A DNA stretch of 64,000 bases from Octopus vulgaris. Lineage: Eukaryota. The stretch's first letter is position 1; every line of letters starts with the position of its first letter. Under the pieces are notes generated by a model, which was not told the DNA's origin, did no database searches, and saw only the letters and a program-made list of their open reading frames with translations. The DNA lies in the NCBI GenBank assembly GCA_951406725.2, contig OX597817.1:3100001-3164000 (forward strand), read 5' to 3'. Positions 39,083 to 51,515 of this stretch are shown one piece after another. Made by a program: the position numbers and the translations under genes.

Positions 39083-39640
39083 AGAACTCGAAACAATCCA
39101 ACGAAGCTAAGAAGATCGTCTCAATGTAACATATCAGCTACTGGGAAAGACTGAAAGTATTAAAACCCTGGAGCGAAGGTGGGAAAGATATGCAATGATA
39201 TACATCTGGAAAATCCTGGAGGGTCTTGTCCCGAATTTTGGTATTCAAAGTTACCCCAACAGCAGAACGGGGCGCCACTGCATGGTGCCAATGATCCCAA
39301 CATCACCATCACCAAAATACAGGACCAGATACTGCAACAGCTTGGGTTTCAGGGGACCACAACTCTTCAATATCCTTCCTAAATGACTGAGAGACCTGCA
39401 TGGTGTGGATGTGGGTTTCTTTAAAACTAAACTGGATCTCTTCTTGTCAGGGGTTCCATATGAACCTACCTCTCGGCAGGAAACACAGATGCGGGCAGCG
39501 GCGTCGAACTCCCTTGTTGATCAAGTGCCATGTATCAGAGGTGGTTTCACATACTAGTGTAGCTCATTCAACGGTGGTGCCCTAGCATGGCCGCAGCCTT
39601 CGGACTGAAACATTTTTCAGGATTTAAGGATTAAGATTTT
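39083..39640 (+). mobile_element. CR1-group LINE 3' fragment with 3' UTR and short tandem tail
   Basis: SYWERLK..LERRWERYAMIYIWKILEGLVPN..GPQLFNILP..FKTKLDLFL; tail ggatttaaggattaagatttt. Confidence 0.8.
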
Positions 39641-41102
39641 AAAAATGCTTTAGTTATTTGTAAACTTTTCAATATCCAAAGATCAAGGTATTCCATTCAA
39701 AAATCAAAGAATTTTAAATTTTTGCCAAATAACCAATGCCGACATATTTCAAAAACAATGCCGTTACACTTGGTTTGTGTTTAGAGACGGTTACTATGTC
39801 AACAAAATTTCCATGTGACTACAGCTACCGTAAGTCTGATTTCATCAACTGTCATGTTATTTCTTTAGTGCGATTTTCATTTTTATTCTCATCGGAAGTA
39901 TGCAAGGTGAAATGTATCGATATCTTTTGAAAATAAACATTCTCAAACCAGAAAATTTGCTATCTGTTGCTAAACAAAAATCATTGCATGTACCTCATGT
40001 TGTCGGTTTCCATGGAAACAAAAATCTGCTGTAATTACATATCACCAACATGTGATTATTTTAGGAATCCGTACATCGAGTGCATGCCCAAACTATCACT
40101 TGCAGCCAAATCATCCAAATTGCAATTGGAAATGAAGGACACGTGTAGTCTTACGTATATTATTCATGATTAAAAAAAAGGCGGGAATGGTTATGAGAAA
40201 TATGAAGCTAAGCAAGATTTACTCAAATGAGTAGAAGATCTCGGACTATTACACTCATTTTTAGAGCGGAATATTTTGTTTAACTGATCATCCGTTCAAC
40301 GTTTCGATCAGTCTGATTCCCGACGTCATTTGATGTTTTTATTCCTGATGTGTATATAGTTCCAGGTTGTTCTAAAAAACTCTATTTCTGAATAAAGGAT
40401 AGAAAGTAATGACTTGATCCACACGGCTACTGACGTACGTACATTAAAAGAGATTAATAATTCGAAAATTGGTAATCTTAGACGTTTACTCTTAGACATT
40501 TAATCTTTTTTAATATTAGAAATTGTGTAAATTTCCGTCTCCCTCCCCCCTCTCTCTCGTAAAATTTCAGTTTAACAATCCAATATAACACCCATTCATT
40601 GGTTCTTGAACCGTTCCTTTAATCAAGACTAAATTTTCAGACAGTAATGACGACGTCGACGATGATGATGATTCCTTTGAAATTTAGTCTCGTACAAATA
40701 ACAAAATGTGTGGAGATCTAATCCACACTGCAGCTCCAGATTTATCGGGATGATCTTTTATGTCTTATTTCTTCAGGTATTTCTTAGTTTGTAATTATCT
40801 TTTAAGGTATAACTGTTCGGAAATGACAACATGTAGTCGCCGCTTATTTTCTTTCTTCTCTGTTTTTTTTCTTTTAACGTATAAAATTTTCCTTGTGTTA
40901 TCCTCCATATTTGTTTACGTTTGACAATCAAAAGCTAAAAAAACAATTACAACAAACTTGACATTGGTCCATTTTTTTCTCTCTTTTTTTACATGTGCAA
41001 TAGAAAAGAGTGAAAAATAATTCTAAAACTTCCAGTATAACCTGCCAGAACAGAATTTCTTAGACACGTTTCAAATAATGTATTTGATCTCTCTCTTATA
41101 TA

Positions 41103-41470
41103 GGCGTGGCTGTGTGGTAAGAAGCTTGCTTCTCAACCACATGGTTCCAGGTTCAGTCTCATTGCGTGGCACCTTCGGCAAGTGTCTTTTATAGCCTCGG
41201 GCTGACCAAAGCCTTGTGAGTGGATCTGGTTGACGGAAACTGAAAGTAGCCCGTCGCATAAATATATATGCGTGTGTGTCTCTTTGTGTCTGTGTCCCCC
41301 ACCATCGCTTGACAACCGATGTTGGTGTGTTTATGTCCCCGAAACTTAGGGGTTGAGCAAAATAAAACGATAGAACAAGTACGAGGCTTACAAAGAATAA
41401 GTTCTAGAGTCGATTTCATTTGACTGGCCGCAGTCAAATGACTGAAACGTGTAAAAGCGTAAAAGACTAT
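41103..41470 (+). mobile_element. SINE family A
   Basis: Head, body and tail present, with a short deletion before the tail hairpin. Confidence 0.82.
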
Positions 41471-41594
41471 ATATACATATAAATTGCTGGCAATGACACA
41501 GTATTTAATTATGCAACCAAAATATTCTACTAAGTATATGACAGGTTCACAAGACAGTATTGTCTTATCTTGTGTTAGCAGTGCGATGTCCCCA

Positions 41595-41920
41595 TTTCCA
41601 TAGATTTTCCATCGAATTCAGAGCCAAAACTTGCAAGTATCGACGTTTTATAAGCGAATACGTTTACGTAAACAGTACGATCAAAGATGGAAAAAAAATA
41701 TGTAATAGATGTATATGAATATTTCAAGAGTTAAAGCTCTTTCATCAGCACCACTTAATGTTTGGAGCTGATGATAGAGCAATAACTATTGAAATATGCA
41801 TATACACCCATCAACTATTTTGTCTATCTTCAATCGTATTATTTACATGAACATATTTGTTTACGAAACGTCGTAACTTTTTGTGCTGGTTCTGAATTCT
41901 TTCTAAAATCTGTAGAGATA
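41595..41920. repeat. Diverged inverted repeat with one hammerhead motif in each arm
   Basis: Arms align over about 160 bp around a centre near 41758. Confidence 0.8.
41708..41752 (-). ncRNA. Type I hammerhead ribozyme candidate
   Basis: Minus strand reads GGTG-CTGATGA-AAGAG-ctttaa-CTCTT-GAAA-TATTCATA-TA/CATC. Confidence 0.65.
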
Positions 41921-43782
41921 AACTTCAGTGATCTATATATTACGCGTTTTTATAGAACGCTCAGCATATTGTGGTCGATGTGCAAAAAGTTTTGATACGT
42001 ATTCTTTTGTGTGATACACAGCATCAATGTTTATCTAAAGTAGTTAGATAATTATATATATATATATACTCATTCCGCCGAAGCGCAGTAAAAGTATCGT
42101 CCACGTCTAACAATATATTCATTCGTTTAAAAGTGTTACTTTCATGCGTTAATACATTTCATAAGCTCCCTAACAGATCAACCCACTTTCCACTGGTGTT
42201 TATCTAAACCAAGAAATCATCAATGTCGAATGCAACGTACAGCAAAACCTTTCTAGTAGATGGTAATGCACCTACTCTAACGACATCATGTGTAACCATA
42301 GCAAAGGGCGACAAACTGTTAAACGCTAGTTAGAATACCCTTTCGTGCATTTTCATTCTACATTGCTGCTGTCCTTCCAATATACAGTAAAAATACATAA
42401 AAATGGGTTGAGCTAATTTAGATAATTTTGACAATGAATTCAATACAGATTAGGGAAGAGGCTAAAGTAGCATTATTAGTTTCATACTTACAATACAATT
42501 AAAGGTAAATTCAATTTTTCTAAACACATTTACATTAAAACTTTATTTTATTCTGCAGAGGTCATTTTCAACTTCTATTTTGGAAAACAGGCCTTTATAT
42601 ATATATATATACGCATACACACACGCACATTCACCAAAGTTGTATGTGTATGCTACATACTAAAATTGTGTGCATATTTATTTCCACTAATTCATATACT
42701 GTCGAGCTTAAATACCTGTGTACATATTTTATTTATAAATGAATTTTTAAAAAAAAGTTTCATGTCACTGCTATTTCACTGTATATTTTTTATGATGATT
42801 ATGATGCATCTGCAAACCACAACTCGACTAAAGTGGGACCACAAAACAATCTTCTACACACTTATACACAAACGTGTGCAGGTATAAGTCAATGCATGCA
42901 ACTACATATACACTATAAATTTATGCATACAACTATATGTACATGCATTTTACATACAGATGTGTATATATACATATATGCATGTAACTTTTATACAGCA
43001 TAAATTTACGTGTATGTATGTATATGTATAATATATATATATATATGCATATGTGAATTTTACATAAATTTACATGTGCGTGTGTACATATATGCCCACA
43101 TGCGTAAATTATATATAATACGCAGACATTATTATATGTATTTATATGTGCATATATAAGTGCATAGATGCGTGTGTGGGATGTGAATGTGTAATCGTTT
43201 TCGCCCTCTTGAAAGCACATCATACATTCGAAGTCTTGACAGGCTTAGGATAATAAAATAAACACACATATATATATATTGTGAAATGTGATGTGTGTGC
43301 GTGCGTGTGTGTGTGCGTTAGTACATATATATATATATATATAAAATATATATATATATGAAATGTTGTATATAAATGTTTTTGATTTTTTTTTTTAACC
43401 TTTCTCAATGAAACTTTTAAAAATCAATGATACTGGTAAAAAAAAAAATTACATAGTTTTTTTTTTTATTTTTCATTTTATAAATCATAACTGGGAACTG
43501 TGAAATTTATTTTCCTTTTTTATAAAATTTTAACAACTACGAACTGTCTTGTTATTATTATCATTATTGTTATTATTTGTTTTTGTTGTTTGTTTTATTA
43601 TTATTTTTCCCAGCTCAGCGTTGATTAGACTGTTTCAGTTATGACCATCCTGTCTCTTTCAGATGTTGAGTATCTAGCACTACATTAGTCTCACGTGTTT
43701 TAAAAACGGTATTATCTTAGGGAGACGTGGCTACTATTGCTAGCTCGTTGAATGACTTGTAGACGCTCTATCGTAAGTTATT

Positions 43783-44092
43783 CTTCTTTTTTCGCCATTT
43801 TCAAGCCTAGCCAGGCTCATGGGCCCGGTTTCCCGGTTTCTGTGGCGTACGTGTTCCCCCCAGCTGGACTGGACGCCAGTCCTTCGCAGCGTTACTCAAG
43901 AAACAGGAAGAAAGAGTGAGAAAAAGTTGGGGCGAAAAGGTACAACAGGAGTCACCGCCATCCCTGCCGGAGCCTCGTGGAACTCTAGGTGTTTTCGCTC
44001 AATAAACACACACAACGCCCGGTCTGGGAATCGAAACCGCGATCCTCCGACCGTGAGTCCGCTGCCCTAACCACTGGGCCATTGCGCCTCCA
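43783..44092 (-). mobile_element. SINE family C, full length
   Basis: tRNA-like head at 44020-44092; 13-bp target-site duplication atcgtaa(g/a)ttatt. Confidence 0.88.
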
Positions 44093-44120
44093 ATCGTAAA
44101 TTATTACTGCCCCTTATCTA

Positions 44121-44315
44121 CAGTATTTTCCGGCATACATGTCGAATTTTTAAGACCAAAATTTTAAGTCAAAATAATGTAGATCACTTTATACATCAAG
44201 ATGACTTTGGAAGAGCAAAAATTTTATGTGAAACGTAGCACGATTTGGAAATATAGTGACGCTGTTTAAATCTTTATAATGTATATGACGTTGACTTGTA
44301 TGCCGGAAAATACAG
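44121..44315. mobile_element. pogo/Tigger-type MITE
   Basis: TIRs gtattttccggcataca / tgtatgccggaaaatac; TA on the left flank. Confidence 0.7.
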
Positions 44316-44654
44316 CACGTGAAAACTGCAAAACTTTCACGGGGATCAACGGAAGAGTTGGCATCACATTAGGCCAACCTGCAGAATCAACAACTTCATC
44401 ATTATCGTCATCACCAGTTTAGAGTGAAGTGAATATAATTTGTAGAGTTAAGACGAGACAACATAAAATTTTGTTATGCATCTTTAGCGCGAAACTTTTA
44501 AAGAATTTGCGCTGTTCCAAAATTAACGAAAGCTATAATAATCATATAGATTGTTTATCATAAGCAAAATTGTATAGGTATTATATACAGCAATTATATT
44601 AATTATATTGCAAAATGTTATAGAATTGACAGTATTATTAATGATGCTGTTGTC

Positions 44655-45137
44655 TTCTTCTTCTTCTTCTTCCAATCAGGACTCAAGTCATTAGCAACAA
44701 AGAATAATCTTTAATTGGAGCCTACTCTAAGCTACTAAGAATGCGTGTGGCAACTTGAAGATGCACCCACCACACGCGATAGACTGGCGGTTGCACGGGC
44801 GCGAAAGCTACGTTGTTAACCTCATTCCTTAAACGGTGGCTCTTAACGGGTGAAGGGCTGAACCATCCTGGGTTACAGAGGATTCGCAATCTAGACTAGG
44901 GTCTGAAAGTTTACCACACCATATTGGGTTACACCATGGTTCCTCTGCTTTGTGTCAGAAGTAGGAAGAAAGAGTGAGAGAAAGTTGTGGTGAAAGAGTA
45001 CAGCGGGGTTCACCCCTCGCCGGAGCCTCGAGGAGCTTAGAAGTTTTTGCTCAATAAACACTCATAAATGCCCGGTCTGGGAATCGAAACTGCGTTCTTA
45101 CGACCGCGAGTCCGCCGCCCTAACCACTGGGCCATGC
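44655..45137 (-). mobile_element. SINE with a family C head and a different 3' body ending in (GAA)n
   Basis: 44960-45137 matches family C; 44655-44960 does not. Confidence 0.65.
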
Positions 45138-45666
45138 TGTTGTTGTTGAGCCTGATATCAGCTTTGGTTAAGCAGATATATGATCAAAGATTTTGTGGGC
45201 GTGATTATCTCGTCTTCTTCTATATCAGGTCAACATTTGAATATATAATTATTATTTAACACGGGAGGGAGTGACTGAGGTATTTCTCTGTTATTTCGAG
45301 CAAGACGAGCGACCATGTAGATGGTACTTTGAATGTGATGCTGGTTGGTGTTGGCGGTGACAGTAATACTGTTTGGTGTTGATGATGATGGTGGCGGTGG
45401 TTGTAGTAGTTGTGCCGATGTTTGTGGAGTTGTACGCTTTGATGGTGGTGGTTTTGGCATTGTCGGCGATGATGGTGATGTGTCAGTGGATTGTATCAGT
45501 CTTTTAAGATTACCTCGCCTCCAACTAAAACGTTATCATCATCCCAGGTGTTGCCATCTGAAGGCTCATCACCAAAGGATATCACAGCTGTAGTATCATC
45601 AAATCACCTTGCAAGAAACTAGGATGATGATTCTTAAGGAGGACCGCTTTTTGTTTTATTATTTAA

Positions 45667-46064
45667 CTAGCAGTATAGCCCGGCGTTGCTCGGGGTTTTT
45701 TTTCTACCTTTTAGAATTGGAATTTTTGAAAAGTAAAAATTTTGCATTATGTAGCTTGTTATTCTCTTTAATTGAACATTTTCCTGGTTGAAATACACCG
45801 AAAAATGGCAACACAGCAGTCAAAAAATCGTAAAAAAAATAGGGATTTTCATAGAAAAAAAAGCACCCCTTTGATGTAAATAATATTTGGTCTTAACTTG
45901 GTCCTATTTGAATTTTTTTCTTCTACGGAAGGAAGAGCAAGCCTTCTTCTATCATACTCTAAATTTTGGTCAACTTGCACCGCAGGGTCTCGGAGGAGAC
46001 AGTGTTAGTTGAAGGCTACCAAACCTACCTCACACTCAGACAACTTCAGCTTTATATATAAACA
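45667..46064 (-). mobile_element. Non-autonomous Helitron
   Basis: Reverse complement of 11756-12147 with the CTAG end and hairpin. Confidence 0.8.
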
Positions 46065-46225
46065 TTTCTAGTCATTGTCCCTGTGTTACGTTTCAAAACT
46101 ACTACCTCCAAACCTACTAATGTTGTCAGTAGACAATTTTCTAAACATCACGAGACCTATAAACATGTATCACAGACAACCAAAGTTACCCTAATTTTAA
46201 TAACGTTCAATGAAGGAAAAAAGAT

Positions 46226-46260
<35 letters not shown>

Positions 46261-46427
46261 CGGTGCTGGTTTACTTACATCTCTGAAACTTCGGTTCGGC
46301 AAAAAAGACTCCGATAGAATAAATACCAGACTTAAAATAAGTATTCAGTCCTTTTGTTCGGTTAGCGTACAAAGCAGGGCTTCAGCATAGCCGCAGTTCA
46401 ACATCTAACACAGGTTAAAGAGTATAT

Positions 46428-46638
46428 TTACTCTTTTATTTGTTTCAGTCATTTGACTGCGGCCATGCTGGAGCACCACCTTTAGTCGAGCAAATCGACC
46501 CCGGGACTTATTCTTTGTAAGCCCAGTACTTATTCTATCGGTCTCTTTTGCCGAACCGCTAAGTTACGGGGACGTAAACGCACCAGCATCGGTTGTCAAG
46601 CAATGCTAGGGGGACAAACACAGACACACACACATACT

Positions 46639-46683
<45 letters not shown>

Positions 46684-46845
46684 GACAGGCTTATTTCAGT
46701 TTCCGTCTACCAAATCCACTCACAAGGCATTGGTCGGCCCGAGGCTATAGCAGAAGACACTTGCCCAAGATGCCACGCAGTGGGACTGAACCCGGAACCA
46801 TGTGGTTGGTTAGCAAGCTACTTACCACACGGCCACTCCTGCGCC
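46428..46845 (-). mobile_element. SINE family A, full length
   Basis: Near-consensus copy, tail-to-tail with a degraded + copy at about 46230-46420. Confidence 0.88.
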
Positions 46846-46884
46846 TATATGATAAATTATTTAAAAATAGTTTTCACCATTTTT

Positions 46885-47200
46885 TCTCCGACCAGATGCA
46901 GCAATAGCTTGGGATTCGAGGGCCTACAGCACTTGATATCCTATCGAAGGAGATGTCAGACTTACATGGTGTGGATGTAGATATGTTCAGAACTAAACTG
47001 GATCTCCTATTGTCAAGAGTTCCAGATGAGCCAACTTCACGGTAGGAAGTGGAAATGAGTGCAGCAGCACTAAACTCCCTCATTCACCAAATGCCAACTA
47101 TTAAAGAAGGATTAATGAAAGTTCTCAGCCACATCAATCGGCAATGCCCAGCAGAGTCACAGTCCTTGATCTAAAATTAATAGAAAAAGAAAAGATTTTA
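46885..47200 (+). mobile_element. CR1-group LINE 3' fragment, second copy
   Basis: Aligns to 39325-39610 (TRCSNSLGFEG, LHGVDVDMFRTKLDLLLSRVPDEP). Confidence 0.7.
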
Positions 47201-47214
47201 TGAAACACGTCTTA

Positions 47215-48290
47215 CATAGTGCATTCCAGAAGTTTTGAGACGTTTCAGGAGCGACATTTATTAATTTGAAAGAATACAAAACTAATTTCCTTCAAAGTAG
47301 GATCCCCGAAGTTCAATGCACATGTGCAACGCTCAAGGAATTTCGTGAAAACTCTATGTAAGTCCTTCAAAGTGAACGTATCCCGGACTTTTCATCTTCT
47401 CAGTGTCTTTAAAACGAATGCCCACGAGCTTCTCCTTCTGCAAATGTCGCAAGGAACAAGGTTGGGACAGTAGGGAAGGCGAGGAACTGTTCTGATTTCT
47501 GTTTCTGTTAAGTAGTTGGTTACCCAGATGGAAATGTGGACTGAGGAATGGTCCTGGTGTAGGTACCACGGATCCGACTGGAAGAGTTCTGGCCTTTTGC
47601 AACGAAATCTTTTTCTGAATTCCCTCAAAGACTCCACAAAGTACTCTTTGTTAACCATCTATAGATGATTCCCTTTGCTGCTGAAAAAGGGGTTCATCTT
47701 GAACTTCCCGGTAGAGTTGCTTTGTCTGGCCTTCTTGGGTCTGTTGGGAACCAATGTACTTTCAGTGGGCAATCCATCTCTTGGTCTCTGCTATTCTCTT
47801 GGATCATAGCAGTAGATCCAGCTATCGTCACGAGTCATAAGAGACTCAAGCACTCATAGTTTGAAGCTAATGAGCTCAACCGTTTCCTAATATTCTTCAA
47901 CGCGTCTTTCCTTCTTTTCGTCACTGAACACCCTGGGAACAAACTTTGCACTTGTTCAGATCTTCATGAATAATTCTGCGTACAGATACCAACTCCGGAA
48001 TTATATGTTTATTGTCTTTATAAACACGTGACGGTATTCATCCAGAAAATCGCGAATTTTCACAAACTGTAATGTTTTTACGTCCCCCTCCCTCCCACAT
48101 TTCTAATCATCTCTCATCTCCTCTGCATCGCCATCGAACATTTTGTGCCAGCAAAACATAGTTGGTCGTCTCATACAAATTAATCTATAAGCAGTTTGGA
48201 GTATTTCAAAGCGAGATTTCAGATTATCTTCACTTCTTGACTGCATTCTGCAAATTAGTGAGGGTGAATTTAGAGTACTGTTACAGTCAT
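47215..48290 (-). mobile_element. Degraded mariner-type transposase pseudogene, distinct from the 25417 family
   Basis: FEILQTAY..MFCWHKMF, WIYCYDP and VNKEYFVESLREFRKRFRCKRPELF..WYLHQD..PYCPNLVPCD with frameshifts. Confidence 0.8.
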
Positions 48291-49189
48291 CTCCTTCATT
48301 ATGGAATAATAAAGTTGGCAGATCAGCTTTTTAGATGGATGGTAATGATATACTAAAATTATAATAATCTGGGATGGTTATAACTGCCTCTCCTAAAAAA
48401 AAGTCTGAGTTTATGAAATGAAGCTTGTATCTTGTGGGATACCAGAAAGTGTTTCAAGTAATCCACTTGGAAGAGTGTAGTATAATGAAACAGATTATTC
48501 TTTCTTAATTAAATAAACCATTTAAAATATTCCTTTCTTTTTGATAATATACGTGAAATAAAGAGCGGAAAGTCGAATATTCGTCACACCAGAGTATTTT
48601 AAATGTGTGTGCGGATGGGGGAAACTATTGGAGTCATCCATATGACCATAACTTCAGATTCCAAGTGTTATATGGAAATCTTTATTTTCTTGTGTGTTTG
48701 TTTGTTTGTTTGTTGGGTACAAATTATGGATCTCCGTCGGTTTCAACGAGGGAGATTCACTTGTTCGATCAACTGAATTACGTACTCACTGAATCAGCGT
48801 AAAAATGGCCGAGCGTTTTGCAGGCACGCGCACCGTTAATGTAATCCTTGGATAGAATCATCATGATACACTGTGTGAGAAGACTGTACTTTTGAATTGC
48901 AGGTACTCTCAATACGACAGTTTTCATCACAATGCTTGGTTTGACTCAACGCAATGTAAGCGCAATGGTAAACGACAATTGTTGAAAATGCTGGGTAAGC
49001 AGATCGAACTTGTGGCGTCATGAATACGAAGCAAACTTCTTTACTATTTGGCTCTGCTGTTATTTATTTTTTTTTTTTGCTTAGTTCATAGAGAACAGTA
49101 AACCAGGAAACCCGCGATGTCTCGATGGCAAATAGTTAGTGCACAGTTTTTTTTAAAAAGTGATACATACATACATACATACATACATA

Positions 49190-50175
49190 CATTATGGCTG
49201 CCCCCTCGTCATCAAGTATGGCCATTGCACGAAGTTTAACTGTTATTGGTGCTGTGATCGAATGTGACTTTTTAGCCCAGCTAAAGATCTACAATGTCTT
49301 GTACAAAATTGGCAACTAAAACCATTACCGGCCAATAGCCGGCTGTAGTTGTAACTGGGCTTCATGTACCTTTGCATGTCGTTTAAGTCCTCCTGCCGAA
49401 TTACACTCTCTTCCACATGCCCGACAGATATGATTAGTATGGTGTGTTACACCACCACCAGTGGCCAGGTTGTCACTCATCTGTCTCGCTTTATGACTTC
49501 GAAGATGACTCTTGAGTCCAGCTTTACTGAGACAGGGTCTTGCACAGACACTGCATGTCAGCATCATAGGAAGACCCTTCTCATCTGGAAGTGTAACAGC
49601 GATGCCCTTCCTGACATCCCTCCTTACTTTCTCATATGCCACTCGAGATTTCTCAGAAATGACTGTCTCGTCGTGCACAATCCTTCTCCACCTGCTACGA
49701 TCAATAGCTATGCCTTCCCATGTGTCAGGAGAGATGCAAGCATCTCTTAAGGAAGCCTTCAGCAAGTCCTTATACCTCTTTTTTGGTTTATGTGGAGATC
49801 GTTCTCCTTTAGCTAACTCTCCATAAAAGAGTTGTTTTGGCATCCTTGAATCCTTCATCCAGACCAGATAACCACTCCATTTGCTTTAACATAAGAGCTT
49901 CTATACTTTCACACCGAGAGCCTTCCAGTATTTCAAGATCACTGATGCGGTCCTTCCACTTAATGCCATAGATCCGTCTGAGACACATCTGATGGAAACG
50001 TTCCAGTTGTTTAAGGTGGTATCGATATTTGACCCACGTCTCGCAGGCATAGAGAAGAGAAGGGAGCACACATGCCTTGTACACCTTAATCTTTGTCTTT
50101 CTGCATATGTTTCGTCGACTCCAGAGGCGCTTTTCTAGCCTTCCGAAAGCAACACTTGCTTTCCTAATTCTATGC
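49190..50175 (-). mobile_element. RTE-clade LINE 3' fragment with three C-terminal C2H2-like fingers
   Basis: RIRKASVAFGRL..KIKVYKACVLPSLLYACETW..RMPKQLFYGEL; (TATG)n tracts at both ends. Confidence 0.88.
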
Positions 50176-51048
50176 ATACAAGTCACACACACATACATAC
50201 ATACATACATACATACATACACATACACACATACACACATGCACATATGCACACATACATACACACATGCATACATACATACATGCATCAATCCATGCAT
50301 CCATGCATCCATGCATCCATCCATCCATACATACATACATACATACATACATACATTTTCATGGCATGCATAGTTAATGGTTTCGGTGTCCAGAATTACT
50401 GATGTTTAATGAATCGGACGACCAACTAGTTGATTATTGGTAATGCAACTGTGTATTCCACAAACACGAATACTCTTACTATCAGCGTGATAGAGTGTGA
50501 GGTAAGACTGGCTTTAGATTAGCAGACACATTTCGTCACAAAATTCGGTACATCCAAGACTTTGCAAAAGACACAAACCGAAGTTATTTCACCGTTTGAT
50601 TGAACATGGGACTTCTTGGCCGCGAAGCGTACATTTTACCACTCGGCAACTCATGAGTACACATAAGTATATTAAAAATCTTAAATAACGACACAAACAG
50701 TATTAATGCCAAAAAGCAATATTTATCTCCCACCAGAAGTAGAAATTGTGTTAGAACACCGAATACTGCGTTATTTAGCACGAGAGGGCCCCTTCGTATG
50801 TACTTACGGTGTATATAAGCACTCATGTCTATATCACCGATGGGCGATAACGGTCGGCTGCGGCCACCGGAACTCCCAGATCACGTGATTTCCCCCAAGT
50901 CCGCATGAGAGGTACTCTCATGGAAAATAATGTAATATTTTGTATTTCAACACAAAATCTATTTTTACTGTGAAATAAATATTACATCAATATATGTTCA
51001 CCTACATATACATCTCTCCTACATACGTTTATGTGGGTGTCTGTGTGT

Positions 51049-51515
51049 ACTCTTTTACTTGTTTCAGTCATTTGACTGCAGCCATGCTGGAGCACCGCCT
51101 TTAGTCGAGCAAATCAACCTCAGGACTTATTCTAGTATCTAGTCTATCGGTCCCTTTTGTCAAGCGATGTTGGGGGACAAACACAGACACACAAACACAC
51201 ACACATATTATATATATATATATACATGTGTGTGTGTGTGTGTGTGTGTCTGTGTGTGTCCCCCTACCTAGCGAAGTAAACACAAAAGCTTATAAACACA
51301 CACCTATATATATATATAGATAGATAGATATATATACACACACATATACTTATATACGACGGACTTCTTTCAGTTTCCGTCTATCTAATCCACTCACAGG
51401 GCTTTGGCCGGCCCGGGGCTATAGAAGAAGACACTTGCCCAAGGTGCCATGCAGTGGGACTGAACCCGGAACCATGTGGTTGGTAAGCAAGCTACTTACC
51501 ACACAACCATTCCTG
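51049..51515 (-). mobile_element. SINE family A, internally rearranged
   Basis: Tail at 51049-51130, head at 51355-51515, expanded middle. Confidence 0.8.

Noticed and set aside
48270-48360. Second exon for the putative 50826 transcript
   Set aside because: Frames stop quickly and the sequence runs into the mariner relic.
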